Positions 1 to 13,195 of a stretch of DNA of 64,000 nucleotides are shown here, piece after piece. The translations under genes were made by a program, and so were the position numbers. Position 1 is the stretch's first letter; every line of letters starts with the position of its first letter. The stretch lies in assembly GCA_010093815.1 (NCBI GenBank), contig ML996587.1. The stretch is one strand, 5' to 3'. The notes below the pieces were generated by a model. It did not search any database. It was not told the origin of the DNA and saw only the letters and a list, made by a program, of their open reading frames with translations. The stretch is from Pseudovirgaria hyperparasitica. Lineage: Eukaryota.

Positions 1-790
1 AATCTTATTTATAAGATTTTCTTTAAGTAGAGTTCTCTCTATTTTAGTTATCTATAATATTTTATATTTTTAGCTATTTTTTATTTTCTAGATAGATATT
101 TAGTTATTCTAGAATATACTACTATATAGGTATTTCTATTATATAGATAGTAGAGATATATCTAGTAGAGACTAGAGTATATTAGTATCTAGAGCTACTA
201 TAATTATTAGTTAAGAACTATTCTTAACTAATAAAAGAAAATTAGTATATTAGTATTTCTTATTAGTAGTCTATACTTGTATCTATAAAGAGCTTTTAAG
301 TATATATATATATATATAGTATCTCTATATATTAGTATTATTATATAATATATACTATATATATATATTAGAAGTTATTATACTTAGTATACTCTATTAA
401 TTAATATATATAGATTACTATATTACCCTAAATTAACTAGTTTTAGTCTCTTAGAGTATAAGAAGTTTTTTTAGTTTATTACTTATAGATAAAAATATTA
501 AGATATAATAACTAAATAATAAATTAGACTTTAAGACAATCGGACCCTTTAAAATAAAATAAAAAATTTTAGAAGTTAATTATAAACTATCTTTACCTTA
601 ATATATAAGAATAAACCTAGTATTTTATATCTTATTACTAGAACTAGTACTATATAATATAAAAATCAAAACTAATATTAAAGCTATAGATAAAGAATTT
701 AAAGTTATAAAGATTCTAGAATCTAGAATTAGTAATAGATTACTAGAATACCTAAATAAAGTAGAAAGACTATAAATATATAACTAATAC
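1..790 (+). mobile_element. RIP-degraded Ty3/Gypsy integrase C-terminus and chromodomain remnant
   Basis: From ~538 reads IGPFKIK..EVNYKLSLP..INLVFYILLLE (GPF motif region), then EFKVIKIL...*KDY...NT*KP (chromodomain-like WKGY..NTWEP after RIP). Boundaries approximate. Confidence 0.6.
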
Positions 791-1403
791 TTAGAAACCT
801 AGAGAATATTTAATAAACTACTAGTAACTAGTATAGAAGTTCTATTAAATAAATCTAGATTTATCTAGTTCTCTATACTAAGCTAAGAATTATTAATATT
901 TAAAAAAGAATTTAGAATCTCCTTAGTAATAACTCTCTATTATTATTTAAGTTACTCTTTCTTTACTTTAAGATCTATTACTAATAGATTCTAATAAAGT
1001 ATATTCTTATAATAATACTTTAATAGCTTCTACTATCTCTCTAGATACTCTAGATATATAAAGATAGTCTAAGTATTCCACTAAGCTTTTTGCTAAGTAG
1101 CGGCTATTTTTTTTTCCTCTAGTTTAAAATAAGCTTTCTTAGAATAAACCTTCTTATCTAGAAATATTACTTATCTACTCTAATAAGAAGAATAAAGACT
1201 TATAAGATAACTTACTTAAAGCTTTAATTCTATATTTACTTACTAAATAACTCTAATAAATATACTCTAAATACTTATTAGACTTTATAAATACTATCTT
1301 ATAAATTAAGCTATATTTTTTATAAAATTAATAAGTAAAAGGTATTTTATTACTCTTATAATTAATTAAGATAGATAAAGTAACTCTCTATTTTACTAGA
1401 ATA

Positions 1404-2347
1404 ATAATAATAATATTAGTGTTTAACTAGGAAGAACTATATATATAGCTATATATACGTTCTATGGGTATAGACCTTCTCTAGTCTAAGCTACTATATA
1501 TATAAGAAAACCTTCTATAATTAGCTCTCTAACTAGACTCTATTACTAATCTAACCTAGTCTAGTCTAAGTCCTTAAATTCTATTAGATAATAAACTTAC
1601 TTCTTATTCTTTAAAATTAAACTTTTTATTATTATATTAGTACTAGCTCTTAATAATACCCTAACTAACTATAGTAAGTATTATCTCTTCTATAATTAGA
1701 TAGTTTACTAGACTAGACCTAGTCTATTATTTCTATACTACTAGGTTTTTTCTATCTATAGAAATATAGCTTTATACTAGATATTAGTTATTAATTAAGA
1801 TAACTAATACTAGAGAGAGTATATATCTAATAGATCCGTGTCTTAGTACTAACCCTAGCTAGACTAAATTTAGAAATTATTCTTTAGGGCTATATAATTA
1901 TCTATTAGTAGATAGAATACTTAATTAGATATTACTATCTATTTTATAATTTACTAAGCTAGAGTAAGTATAAGCTAAGCTAGATTAGAGTAGATAAGGC
2001 TCTATAGAGATAGATAAGGCCCTATATACATTCTATAATTTGAGCTAAGTAGGATTTTTTAGGTCTAGCTACTCTAGACTTAGCCCTACTACTTAAGGTA
2101 GTATAGATAGATAGCTATATTAGATAACTTTATTATATAATACTACTATATTATCTAACTATTACTTAGAACTAAGTAATTATATAATAGTAATCTTTAT
2201 ATTATATACTTACTTAACTCTATATATCTTTAGTAGAGTATATAAAAACTAGTATATAAAAAGATAGCTATTATAGAATTTAAATCTATAATATTAGATA
2301 ATAAACGTTTCTAGTAATATAGTATAGTACTACTATACTACCTAGTC
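1404..2347 (-). mobile_element. tRNA-derived SINE, copy 1 (heavily RIPed)
   Basis: Colinear with 38652-39590; (TAT)n tail at ~1400-1413; TSD tattt(t/c)actagaata at 1389-1403 and 2348-2362. Confidence 0.8.
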
Positions 2348-4709
2348 TATTTCACTAGAATAGACTTTAGAGATTTAACTAATTTAGTAACTCTAGATAT
2401 AATAGAAAGAAAGAAAGAAGAGCTTTTTATTAAAGGAAATTAGAATAACTATCTACTTATAAATAGCTATAGAAGTACTTTAGAATAAAGTACCTTAGAA
2501 GAGATATTATATAATAAATTATAAATTAAGATTATAGAAGAATATATAGACCTTAGTATAAATATTATAAGAAATAGTATAATATATAGAAGAGATATCT
2601 ATAATACTATAGATAATCTTAGATAATAATCTAAGACTAAGATAGATACTAATAAAGAGAACTAATTATAGATACTTAGAATAGATATTCTAAGTAGTAT
2701 ACTAAGTAATTAGAAATAGAATACTAGTATTCTAAGTAGTATACTAGATACTAAGAATAGGTATTCTAATTAGAGAACCTTAGTAGAACTATATAGACTC
2801 TTTAAATCTAATATCTAGAGATAGTTCTATAGTAATTAATTTAAACTTATACTAATATAAATACTACTTTACTTATCTACTAGCTAGTTACTATTTATAC
2901 TCTATTAATACTTACTATAAATCTACTTATACTCTTCTAAGTCTTCTAAGTATCTTTATCTTTAGAAAAGTTATAATACTCTATATAATAGACTAATTTA
3001 GAGATAAGCTATACCCTTACTAGAAAGGTTTATTATATATAGTATCTTATAGTAACTTTATAATACTCTTTTATACTTAGAATAGCTTTATAGTAATCTC
3101 TATTATCTTAATATAATATTATTCTACTTTAAATTAAGTTTCTATAAACTATACTATATAGTTCTAACTAAAGTTTACTTTAAATAGACTTATATAGATT
3201 AATATATATTAACTATTATTATAAATAAACTCTATAATATAGACTAATTTTATCTAGTTATTCTACTATATCTTAAGAAAGCTAAGTAGATTTCTACTTT
3301 CTCTCTTATTAAACTTACTAAAGTTCTATTACTACTCTTATATCTATATATATATTATATTTCTATATTACTAGAGATATAGATAGTATAGATAGAAGTA
3401 CTTATAGAAGACTATATATAGATAGTATAAATAGTATAGATAGAAGTACTTATAGAAGACTATATCTAGATAGTATAGATAGAATACTTTATAGTATCTC
3501 TATTATATATTCTATCTATATATACTTTATAAGAATACTTCTAGATACTATAGCTCTAACTATAATAGTAAATACTCTTTCTAGTTTATAATATATATAA
3601 AGTAAAAGTAGATTACTAAGTATATTAATATAATAAAAGTATAAGAGATAAGATAGCTATAGTAAGTTATAGAACTCTCTCTAGTAATAGTAGTACTACT
3701 ACTATCTTCTCTAACTATTCTCTAATAAGAAAATAAAGATAGAAATATATAATAGTATACTATCTAGAAGAAGATAGATAGACTATAGAGTATTATTAAG
3801 ATAGCTACTATATATAGTTATTTATATCTCTATTATACTAGTTTATAGATATATATACTCTCTAGTACTTAATAAGAATATAGAGAATACTATAGATTAT
3901 ATAGATAAATATATAATATAAGTATAAGAACTAAATTTTACTTATAAAGAAGATAGAAGTAGTAATACTTACTATCTAAGAGCTATATAAATACTACTAG
4001 ATCTATAAGCTAATAATATACCTAGAATACTATACTATCTACTTTCTAGAACTAGATAGAAGGGTTCTATTATATATATAAGAGTTATATTATATAAATA
4101 TAAGTCTATTCTACTAGTAGTATAGTTATATACTAAGAGAGATAATCTCTAGATAGATATAGACTCTATCTATATCTATAATATATATAATTAATAATAG
4201 TTACTTATATAAGATAATATATTCTTTTTAGTAACTTTAATTATTTCTACTAATAATAGAGAGATCTAAATATTATAAGAAAGAAACTATAAGTATAAAA
4301 GCTATATATAAGGTACTATAACTTTCTCTATCTTCTTATATCTATAGAATAAATTATATAGTAAAAATATAAATAGAATAAGATTAGATCTATACTTATT
4401 CTAGAGAATCTCTACTTTTATCTCTCTAATATATTTCTACTATAGAGTAGTTAATACTCTAAAGTTTTAGACCTTCTATTTTTTTATCGTATCTAGGCTA
4501 AGGCATCTTATATCGATTACTTGTCTTGTCTTTGGTCCCAATTCACCTTATCACCCTCCTTATCGTCTTGCTTCTCCCCCACCTTGTTCCCCTCTTCTGG
4601 TCCATAAGCTCGTCTTCCACTCTAACTGCTGTTATCGTTTAAGACTCTCAACGAGCGAATATCCGCAACGATACGATTGATAACAGCGATACTTCGGCAT
4701 AAAAGTATA

Positions 4710-5534
4710 ATGTCTAACGGCTCCAACGATCGCCCTGGCCCTCCTTCTCCCTCCCCAAACGCGACTGACAGACGTCGGTCATCCTTCTCTACCGGTGCTC
4801 TCGCCGACCTCTTCACTCGTCCTTCCAATGCCAACCACAATGGCCCCCAAGCCTACCCAGGACCCATCACGACTGCTGCAGTACAAGCTCAATCGCGTCG
4901 CTTGTCTTTGACCACGCTTGGGCTGTCTGGCTCCCAAGGCCAGGCTTCCCCGTTTAACACCATACGTGACCGCAAACAAAGCTTCTCGAGCGCTAGCAGT
5001 GCCTCCGCTGTGGATGAGAGTCCTTTCGAAGAGGAAGATCGGTCCACACCCGCCTTGGCTACACAAACAAACCAGTTCGCAAGACGACTCAGTTTTGGGG
5101 CTCGAGCTCTGCGAGATAGACAAAATTCTGGGAGTGCGAGCAATGCGAATGGTAGACCCTCCGTTGATAAATCTACTCTTCCACCCCCGACTACCAAAGG
5201 TCGAGGTCTGTTTGCACAACTACATCTAGAATCTTCTACTTCCTCTCCACACAACACATCTTTATCTTCACTTGTTCAACTGATGACAGTTCATAGTACC
5301 CGTGCTAATTTGTTATTTTCCTTAGCTGAAGGTTACAACTTTGCAGACAGCATGCGAAGTCGTGCTGAAAGAGGATCCATGTCTGGCAGGCCGCATTCAC
5401 CACCTGGTCGTATGCACGAACGTGCTAAAAGCGTTGCTATTATGGAACCACCGAAAGAGATGCCGAAGGCTTCTCCAAAGATCCCCGATGCTTTTCAAGA
5501 ACGGATCCTAAAGGGAGACTTCTACATGGACTAG
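4710..5534 (+). CDS. Ser/Arg-rich, probably disordered fungal hypothetical protein; one likely intron ending at 5325
   Basis: Open frame in non-RIPed DNA from ATG 4710; repeated RRxS motifs; C-terminus FQERILKGDFYMD. Branch GCTAAT ~5303 and TAG acceptor 5325; phase-compatible donors at 5206 (GTCTGT) or 5152 (GTAGAC). Confidence 0.8.
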   Translation: MSNGSNDRPGPPSPSPNATDRRRSSFSTGALADLFTRPSNANHNGPQAYPGPITTAAVQAQSRRLSLTTLGLSGSQGQASPFNTIRDRKQSFSSASSASAVDESPFEEEDRSTPALATQTNQFARRLSFGARALRDRQNSGSASNANGRPSVDKSTLPPPTTKGRGLFAQLHLESSTSSPHNTSLSSLVQLMTVHSTRANLLFSLAEGYNFADSMRSRAERGSMSGRPHSPPGRMHERAKSVAIMEPPKEMPKASPKIPDAFQERILKGDFYMD

Positions 5535-6224
5535 CCCACAGATTCGACGATATGCAAACCCCTACAGAACACATAAAAGCCGGAGTTCAATCGTGAATAA
5601 ACTGCCTTGAGCACTGACAGCACTTCAATTTGGCTGATAACACAGTCAACTAATTTGATATTTGGGGGTCATTCTTGTCCAGTACAGGCGTCCTGGCCGC
5701 CGTTATCACCACAACGTGACACAGAGACGTAACCGGCTGCACTGTATCTTGGCCTCTTCAGCATGTTATCCCTCATATTTTCTCATTGATATTATGTTTC
5801 TTTGATGTTACTCATTGTATGCCGACGAATCGTCCGAAAAACGTCCGCCCTGGGTGTTTCATCTGATCATCGCGGAGTATGGAGTCATCAATGCAAAACA
5901 GTCCTTGATGCAAGACTTTAATTGTCGTACCGAGTTTGATCAAACTTGTGGTTACCAATGGAATAATATCCGTTGGATGACGTGGTGACAACGCATCTCA
6001 TTGCATCAAGGATACATATAATAATACGGCAGACGCCTCATCTACGCCTCATCTACGCCTTAGTGAGTCTATGCAGGATTGCTTTTCTGTGTACGTTGGC
6101 CTACAACACGATAATATGACCCAATTAAAGGTAGCACTCCTATTCCAAGAACAGCTCCCACGCGTCGGAAAAACTGCCGCGATATGAATCGGAAGTTGAT
6201 AATAGTGCTCTACAATACATCATA

Positions 6225-7722
6225 TCATGGTTTCAGCACGGCGTTAATTTGCACTTTTTTATCTTCCCCACCGCTCACAATCCCAACCTCTCGGTCCCAG
6301 CATATGCCAAAGACTTTCACTCCATCACCAGCAACAGCTCTCTTGCTCCTCTGCTTCATGCTCTCCCGATCGATCGTGTATACACTTTCGCCCACTTGTA
6401 CGCTCCTAACATCGCTTCCTGCTGTCTTCACATTCCGCACGTCCCACACCCGACAAGTCCCATCATGACTGGCACTCACCAGCCGATGCTCATTCTCCGG
6501 GTCTGCCGCCAGATCAACAACAGAATTCGTGTGTCCTCTAAGCGTTGCCGCCGCAATTGTGGCCGTCGACTCGCGCGGATCGATCAGCGTGATATGTCGC
6601 GCCGATGAGCCTGCCGCGAGCAGGGATAGTGTTGGTAGCGTCGTTAAGCTTAGTAATGACGAATTCGTGGTGCGTAAAGAAACAGGTGTTGAAGTGGCCA
6701 GATCCCACGTGCGCAATGTGTGGTCATGGGAGGTCGAGTATGCAGCCGTTGGGTCTGCAGGGGAGAATATCACGGAAGACACGGGAGCGGTATGTGCACA
6801 GAGTAAGGACAATGGGCCTCTCTGCTCTGGGGATTCACCTTGCTGTTGTGACGCGAAAACTTTCTGTCGCTTGATCGATTTAGAGATAAGTGATTCAGGG
6901 GCCGCAGGTGCTAAGTCTGTGCTCGTGCTCCAGAGGCCAAGGGTGTGGTCGGAGGATGCCGAAAGAATGTGTGATGATGGAGAATGGACAGCAAGAGATT
7001 CAACAGCCCATTTGTGGCCGTAAAGCTCGAGAGTGGGTTCGATCGTTAAATGATCTGGGTCATATTTCCATACTCGCAAGACTGCGTCAAGGCCTGCGGA
7101 CACGAGACGTATAGGAGACAAGAATTTCACGGATTTAATGGAGGTAACGCGAGAGCTGAGTGGGAGTTTAGATATGGCGAGGGGCTCGGATGCGTTTGTG
7201 GTATCCCATAGACGTAGTAGGCCATCGTAGCTGCCAGACAAGATACGTGCTTGACCTTGCGAAATAGTAGGCTTCGTGCGCCAAGTACTTGCGGGGGAGG
7301 TCGAGGATATGATGTCGACGGAGGAGACCCAGTCATCATGCTCAAAGGAGGCAACGTGGGTAGGCGGGCTGAGGGCGCGAATATATTCGACGCTGAGGAC
7401 GGTTTCGGTGGATATCCCATTCTTGGTAAGGAACTCATCCAGTGTCGTGCGAAGGATTCGGCCATTGATGAGGAATTCGTATGGTACGGGCCGCTCGTTC
7501 TGTTGTAGGCTGTTGACGAGGCTTGAAAGCTGGAGACGCTTCCAACCTATATACTAAAGTGAGGATCCTGGAAGCGTCACGATTGAAAGACGACTTACTG
7601 GAGGATACGACGGTTGTGCCCGGGTCTTCCGGTAGAGCTATGCTCTGGTCTCGAGTCGAAATCCGCACTTGCACTTTCTCTTGCGGCGCATCGGCCATTA
7701 GCATTGCGACATTGTCAGCCAT
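6225..7722 (-). CDS. YTM1: Ribosome biogenesis WD40 protein Ytm1/WDR12 (exons 7722-7599 and 7546-6225)
   Basis: Intron 7598-7547 (GTAAGT...TAG, 52 nt) joins MADN..VQVRISTR to LSSLVN..PVPYEFLING.ILRTTLDEFL..NGISTETVLSVEYIRA..HDDWVSSV (N-terminal UBL/NLE domain), then WD40 repeats (SGSYDG, SASHDGTCRVWDVR) ending SGGEDKKVQIN. Confidence 0.93.
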
Positions 7723-10700
7723 TACTCTCGTACTATGGAGCCCGAAAGCTGTAGTGTCGTCAGCGCCGTCGTGGTCGTGGTCGCATCTAGAATTGGAGAA
7801 TATTTTTTATGGAGATCTAGGCACTACATTCTACCACCAGGCGCGGAGATAACGAAAGACAAGGTGGCGTAGACTCAAGTCCAGCCCTATAATTAGATTA
7901 GAAGATCTATAGCTAATAAGTCTATATTATTATTATAGTATATAGAATATTCTATATATATAGAGAGAAGTATAAACTAAATAAGTAAAGAATAAATATA
8001 TATTATATAATTCTACTAGAGTAGTCTATAGCTAGTAGACTATAAGTAGTCTTAAGTTTAAATCTACTTTTATAGAGTTAATAAGTAAACTATTATAGAG
8101 TAGAGTACTATAGTATAATAAGTTATATAGTAGAGAAATTTATATAATATATCTATAATCTTTAACTATAACTAAACTAGAATATTATAAGTTCTTATTA
8201 ATATATTTAATATCTTATCTTTTATTTAGATATAAGTAACTAATAAAAAATTCTTATTTACTATAGGAAGTAATAATTTATTAAAACTTCTTTATAGTAT
8301 CTAAGAGACTAATCTATTTAATTTAGATTAATAGAGTAATAGAGTAATTATAAGAATAGTATAGATAGATAAAATAATAGAATATATTCTACTATGTAAT
8401 AAATTACTACTAAACTCTCTTAGTAGTAATTAATAAATATATATATAACGAGATACTAATCTATTCTATATATAATTATTTACTACTTATTATACTATCT
8501 CTAACTAAATTAGCTAAGAAATATCTATATCTAGTCTAGTCTTTAGCTAATTTATAATAATTATTCTCTCTCTTTAGAAAGCTATTATTAGTAATATAGA
8601 TTATTATATAACTCTAGTTTAGAATACTTCTATCTTTTAGTATTATACTATACTAATATTAGTACTAAGTTTATTAATAGTTTAAGTTAAGTTAGTTATA
8701 ATATATACTATTTCTATCTACTTATATAGTTAGTTATATAAATATATCTAACTAGTTATTTACTACTATCTATATTACTTATATATATATATATATTTAC
8801 TATTACTATATCTATAATAATATAAGAATTATAGATATAAGATAGTAGTCTAATAGATTATAGAAGGATTTAGAAATATATTTAAAAGAGTAGTCTACTC
8901 TTATAATAAGGTTAATTTCTAAAGAGTAGAAATTAAGTATATATAATCTACTTATATAGTAATCTTACTTATTCTAGCTAACTTAGCCTAGATCCTTCTA
9001 TTATAGAACTATACTAGACTATAGTAGTCTAGTTAAGTCTATTCTAGTACTTATTCTAATAATATTCTTCTTCTTTTTATACTTCGCTCTAAAGTACTTA
9101 ATTATATATAAATCTAAAATTCTATAATTATTATATTTCTATATATATCTAATTAAGTCTATATAATATAATTAATAGTCTTTATATAGATAAACTTTAG
9201 ATTCTAGTTTACTTTTATTAACTTATATATATACTTATCTTTTACTTTCTAGCTACTATCTTAGAGATAGCTCTATAGGTTATATAACTATTATATTAAC
9301 TAAGCTTATATTTAGCTCTCTTATTCTAAATTTTCTTCTTTAGTATATCTATCTTACTCTTAAGATAAGTTATTAATTTATATACTATCTTCTTTAGTTT
9401 AGATCTATTAGAGTCTAGAGTAGTCTATTCTTATTAGAATTAGTTTTATATAATCTATTTATATTATTATAGTTACTAATTTAGCTTTTCTAATTACTCT
9501 TAAAGCTAGATAAATATTCCTTTCTTAGATCTTTAGCTAATATATATATATATATATATAGATATCTAATACTAGTTCTATTTCTAAGTCTATCTTCTTC
9601 TCTTATAAGACTTACTCTAAAGAAATTACCTCTATTCTAGCTATACTAGCTAAAAAGTCTACTTATTATAGTAGTATAAAGATATACTCTAAGTTAGAGA
9701 AGAACATAGCTAAGACTACTACTACTATTATTACTACTAAGATAGCTATTAGTTACTCTAATCTAGATAATTCTAATACTAGTATTATAGAAGAAGTAGC
9801 TATAAAGTCTACTTATACTTTCTTATACTATCTATCTACTCTATCTTCTTTAGAGAATAAAGAAGATCTTATTATAGATAATAATTAAGAGTTTATACTC
9901 TTACTACTCTACTCTAAATACTATTTCTCTTTTTAGTCTAATATAGACTAACTTAATTATTCTAGATTCTTTTAGAATCTTATTATTTACTCTAAGTCTA
10001 GCTCTACTAATAATAAGATCTAGGTTACTAAAGATACTAAATATAGTTATAGTTTATACTATAGAAAAATAGTAAACTATAGTTTAATATACTATAAGTA
10101 TATTAAGACTTATATAACTAGCTCTAAATATCTCTTTTACTCTAACTCTAGTACTAGTTATTATTCTACTAACTCTAATAGTTCTATATACTCTATCTTT
10201 ACTCTATCTATCTACTACTACTACTATACTATTCTTAGTAAAGTTTATCTTTAGATAAGTCTATTAGACTATTTTAGTCTAGAGTAATCTAAAGTTATCT
10301 ATACTAATATATTTTTAGATTTCTATTTATATATAAGATATATATAATAATCTTTATATCTATAAGACTCTTAGTAGTTCTAGTAGTTATCTAGTCTTTA
10401 TATATAGAGAGTTTAGAAAATACTATAAGCTCTTTCTAGAGATTATTAAAGTATAAGTTTAGAAACTATTAATTACTCTTAATCTTAGCTTATAATTTTT
10501 AGTTACTATAAGATTTCTAGTACTTAGACTATCTATTCTAAAGAGTTAGTTTTAGCTACTAAAACTATAGAAGAGATTTAGTATATCTCTTTTTATCTAA
10601 CTTATACTACTAATAGATCTTATAAGAGATCTACTAGTTCTCTCTCTAAGTTACCTTATAAGAGAGTATATATTCTATTCTAGATTATTCTAGATTATAT

Positions 10701-12856
10701 TAGCTAACTTTAGATCTAGTTACTCTAGTCTAGTATATAGTTCTTCTTCTACTAGACTCTAGTTAATTAGATAGCTAGTATCTAATCTCTACTACTATAT
10801 TATCTTTTTAGATTAGTTAGTTTACTCTAAAAAGAAGAATAAAATAAAGGAATAGCTCTATAGGTCTATATACTAGTGTTTCTATATAGTATATTATAGC
10901 TCTATCTATCTAGTTTCTATCTATTTTAGTCTTTTTTAGACCGTTTAGATATCTACTTACTAGTTTTCTAGTAATTTAATTCTTAATTTAATAATATTAT
11001 ATATACTCTTATTTATTCTATAACTATTAAATTCTAGATTCTAATTTACTTTAAGTTACTTAAGTTTAGATAATATATATAAATTAGTTTATCTCTCTAA
11101 ATTATATTAGAGTATCTAAACTAGTAGTCTAGTAGTTATTAGTTTAGGTACTCTAACTTTTTATATTATATATTATATATTTAATTCTATTAGAAGGTAT
11201 CTTTTTAAGTTCTTAGTTCTATATTTTTCTTATATATAATAGTCTATATTAGTCTATTCTAGACTTTTCTATATTATTCTATTATAATATATTATATTAT
11301 ATATCTATAATAGTTATTTATATTTTCTTCGTGTTTAGTAACTATATATTATTTAAATTATAGGGCTACCTTATAGAGTTTTTCTAGTATATATTTAAGA
11401 TTTATAATTTAATACTTTATTCTCTATAGTATTCTTTTTCTTTTTATAATAGCTCTAATAGTACTAGGTTTATAGTAGTAATATATTATTCTATAACCTC
11501 TATTTATATATAGATATCACGGTACTTAAGATATATACTATAGGTTTCTAGATATTCTTATTCTTAGTATAGTTCTTCTAATAGATTTAATACTTCTAGA
11601 TACTATTCTTATTAAGTCTATAATTAATAATATAGTCTACTTTATATATATCTAGTCTATCTTAGAGTATAATAGAATATAACTATATATTTATATAATT
11701 ATATATATTAGATTAAAACCTTTCGAGTAATAAGATATAGAATATATTATAGACTTTTATATTATTTTCTAGGTTAAGCTTATAGACTCTTAGACTAATA
11801 TAATATTTAATTTAGAAGAGACTAGGTATTTTATAATTAAGCTTTTTATTTACTTATAATATTTATATATTATAGATATTAAGAAGAACTTTATCTTTCT
11901 TCTTATATATTTAATCTTTAACTAATCTATTATAGTACTTTATATATAACTTATTTACTTACTAGATTATTATATAATAGTTATATATAGCTTTAAAGAT
12001 TTTAATTACTAGTTTCTATATATATATATATTAATATCTATTATTTAGTTAAACTAGATCATATAAGGTTTAAAATCTATTCTTAGACTATATTTTAGGT
12101 TCGCCTAGAAGAGTATAACGTCTATTATACTATAATAACTATTATTATAAGTAAATTCTACTATACTTAGTAGAGAGGCCTAGTTATCTTATTTAAAATT
12201 TTAGAATATATAAAGGTAGACCTTAAGTATTTAGTTCTATTACTCTATCTAACTATCTATTTATAGATAGAATACTATTAATATATTTCTATTTATACTA
12301 GCTATTTTATAGAATAACATCTAGAATTTAGATATAAATATACTTCCTTAGTCTATAATAATTCTTTTTAGTATATTATAGACCTTAATAATCTTATTCT
12401 AGAGTACTTATACTAGTTCTTTTAATATAATTATCTTCTATATAGAGATATACCTAGATATCTTTATAAGCCTATCTATAATAATAAGAATTAAATTATA
12501 ACTTATTCTAAGTATCTTACTTAGAGATAAGTTAACTATAAAATCTATAATAATATCTTTCTATATAAAGAGGGGGACTAGTAGAGACTATAAATTCCTA
12601 TATAGCTTATATCTAGATACCTTTATTCTTTAATAAATCAGATAAGTAGCTATCTATTCTTTAATATACTTAGATATATCTTTCTAAAAATAGTACTAAC
12701 AAATCAAGCTTAGGGTATATATATACCCAAAATATTCTACTAGATTAGTATTATAGTATTAGCTAACTATAGTAAATTATATATTATCTATTAGTATATA
12801 GTACTTTCTATTATAGTAGAGTAAGCTATCTATAAAGGTCTACTTATAGTCTACTT

Positions 12857-13036
12857 NNNNNNNNNNNNNNNNNNNNNNNNNNNNNNNNNNNNNNNNNNNN
12901 NNNNNNNNNNNNNNNNNNNNNNNNNNNNNNNNNNNNNNNNNNNNNNNNNNNNNNNNNNNNNNNNNNNNNNNNNNNNNNNNNNNNNNNNNNNNNNNNNNNN
13001 NNNNNNNNNNNNNNNNNNNNNNNNNNNNNNNNNNNN
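12857..13036. other. Assembly gap (further gaps at 18221-18230 and 23933-24052)
   Basis: Runs of N. Confidence 1.
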
Positions 13037-13195
13037 CTATACTTCTAGGCGCCTTCTTTATAGTTAGGTCTTCTTAATATTCTATTAGCTAGATTTATAC
13101 TTCTAGATTAATAGTAGATTATAAAGTAGAAGTTTATAAGCTACTTAGTCTATTAAATCTATTAATAATTTAAAACTATTATACTTATAAACTCT

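Noticed and set aside
1140..1390. Argonaute/Piwi-like or RT remnant
   Set aside because: Too degraded; no diagnostic motif can be read reliably.
6184..7852. Short + strand ORFs overlapping YTM1 (and minus ORFs over the 4710-5534 gene)
   Set aside because: Shadow frames of real genes with no independent signals.
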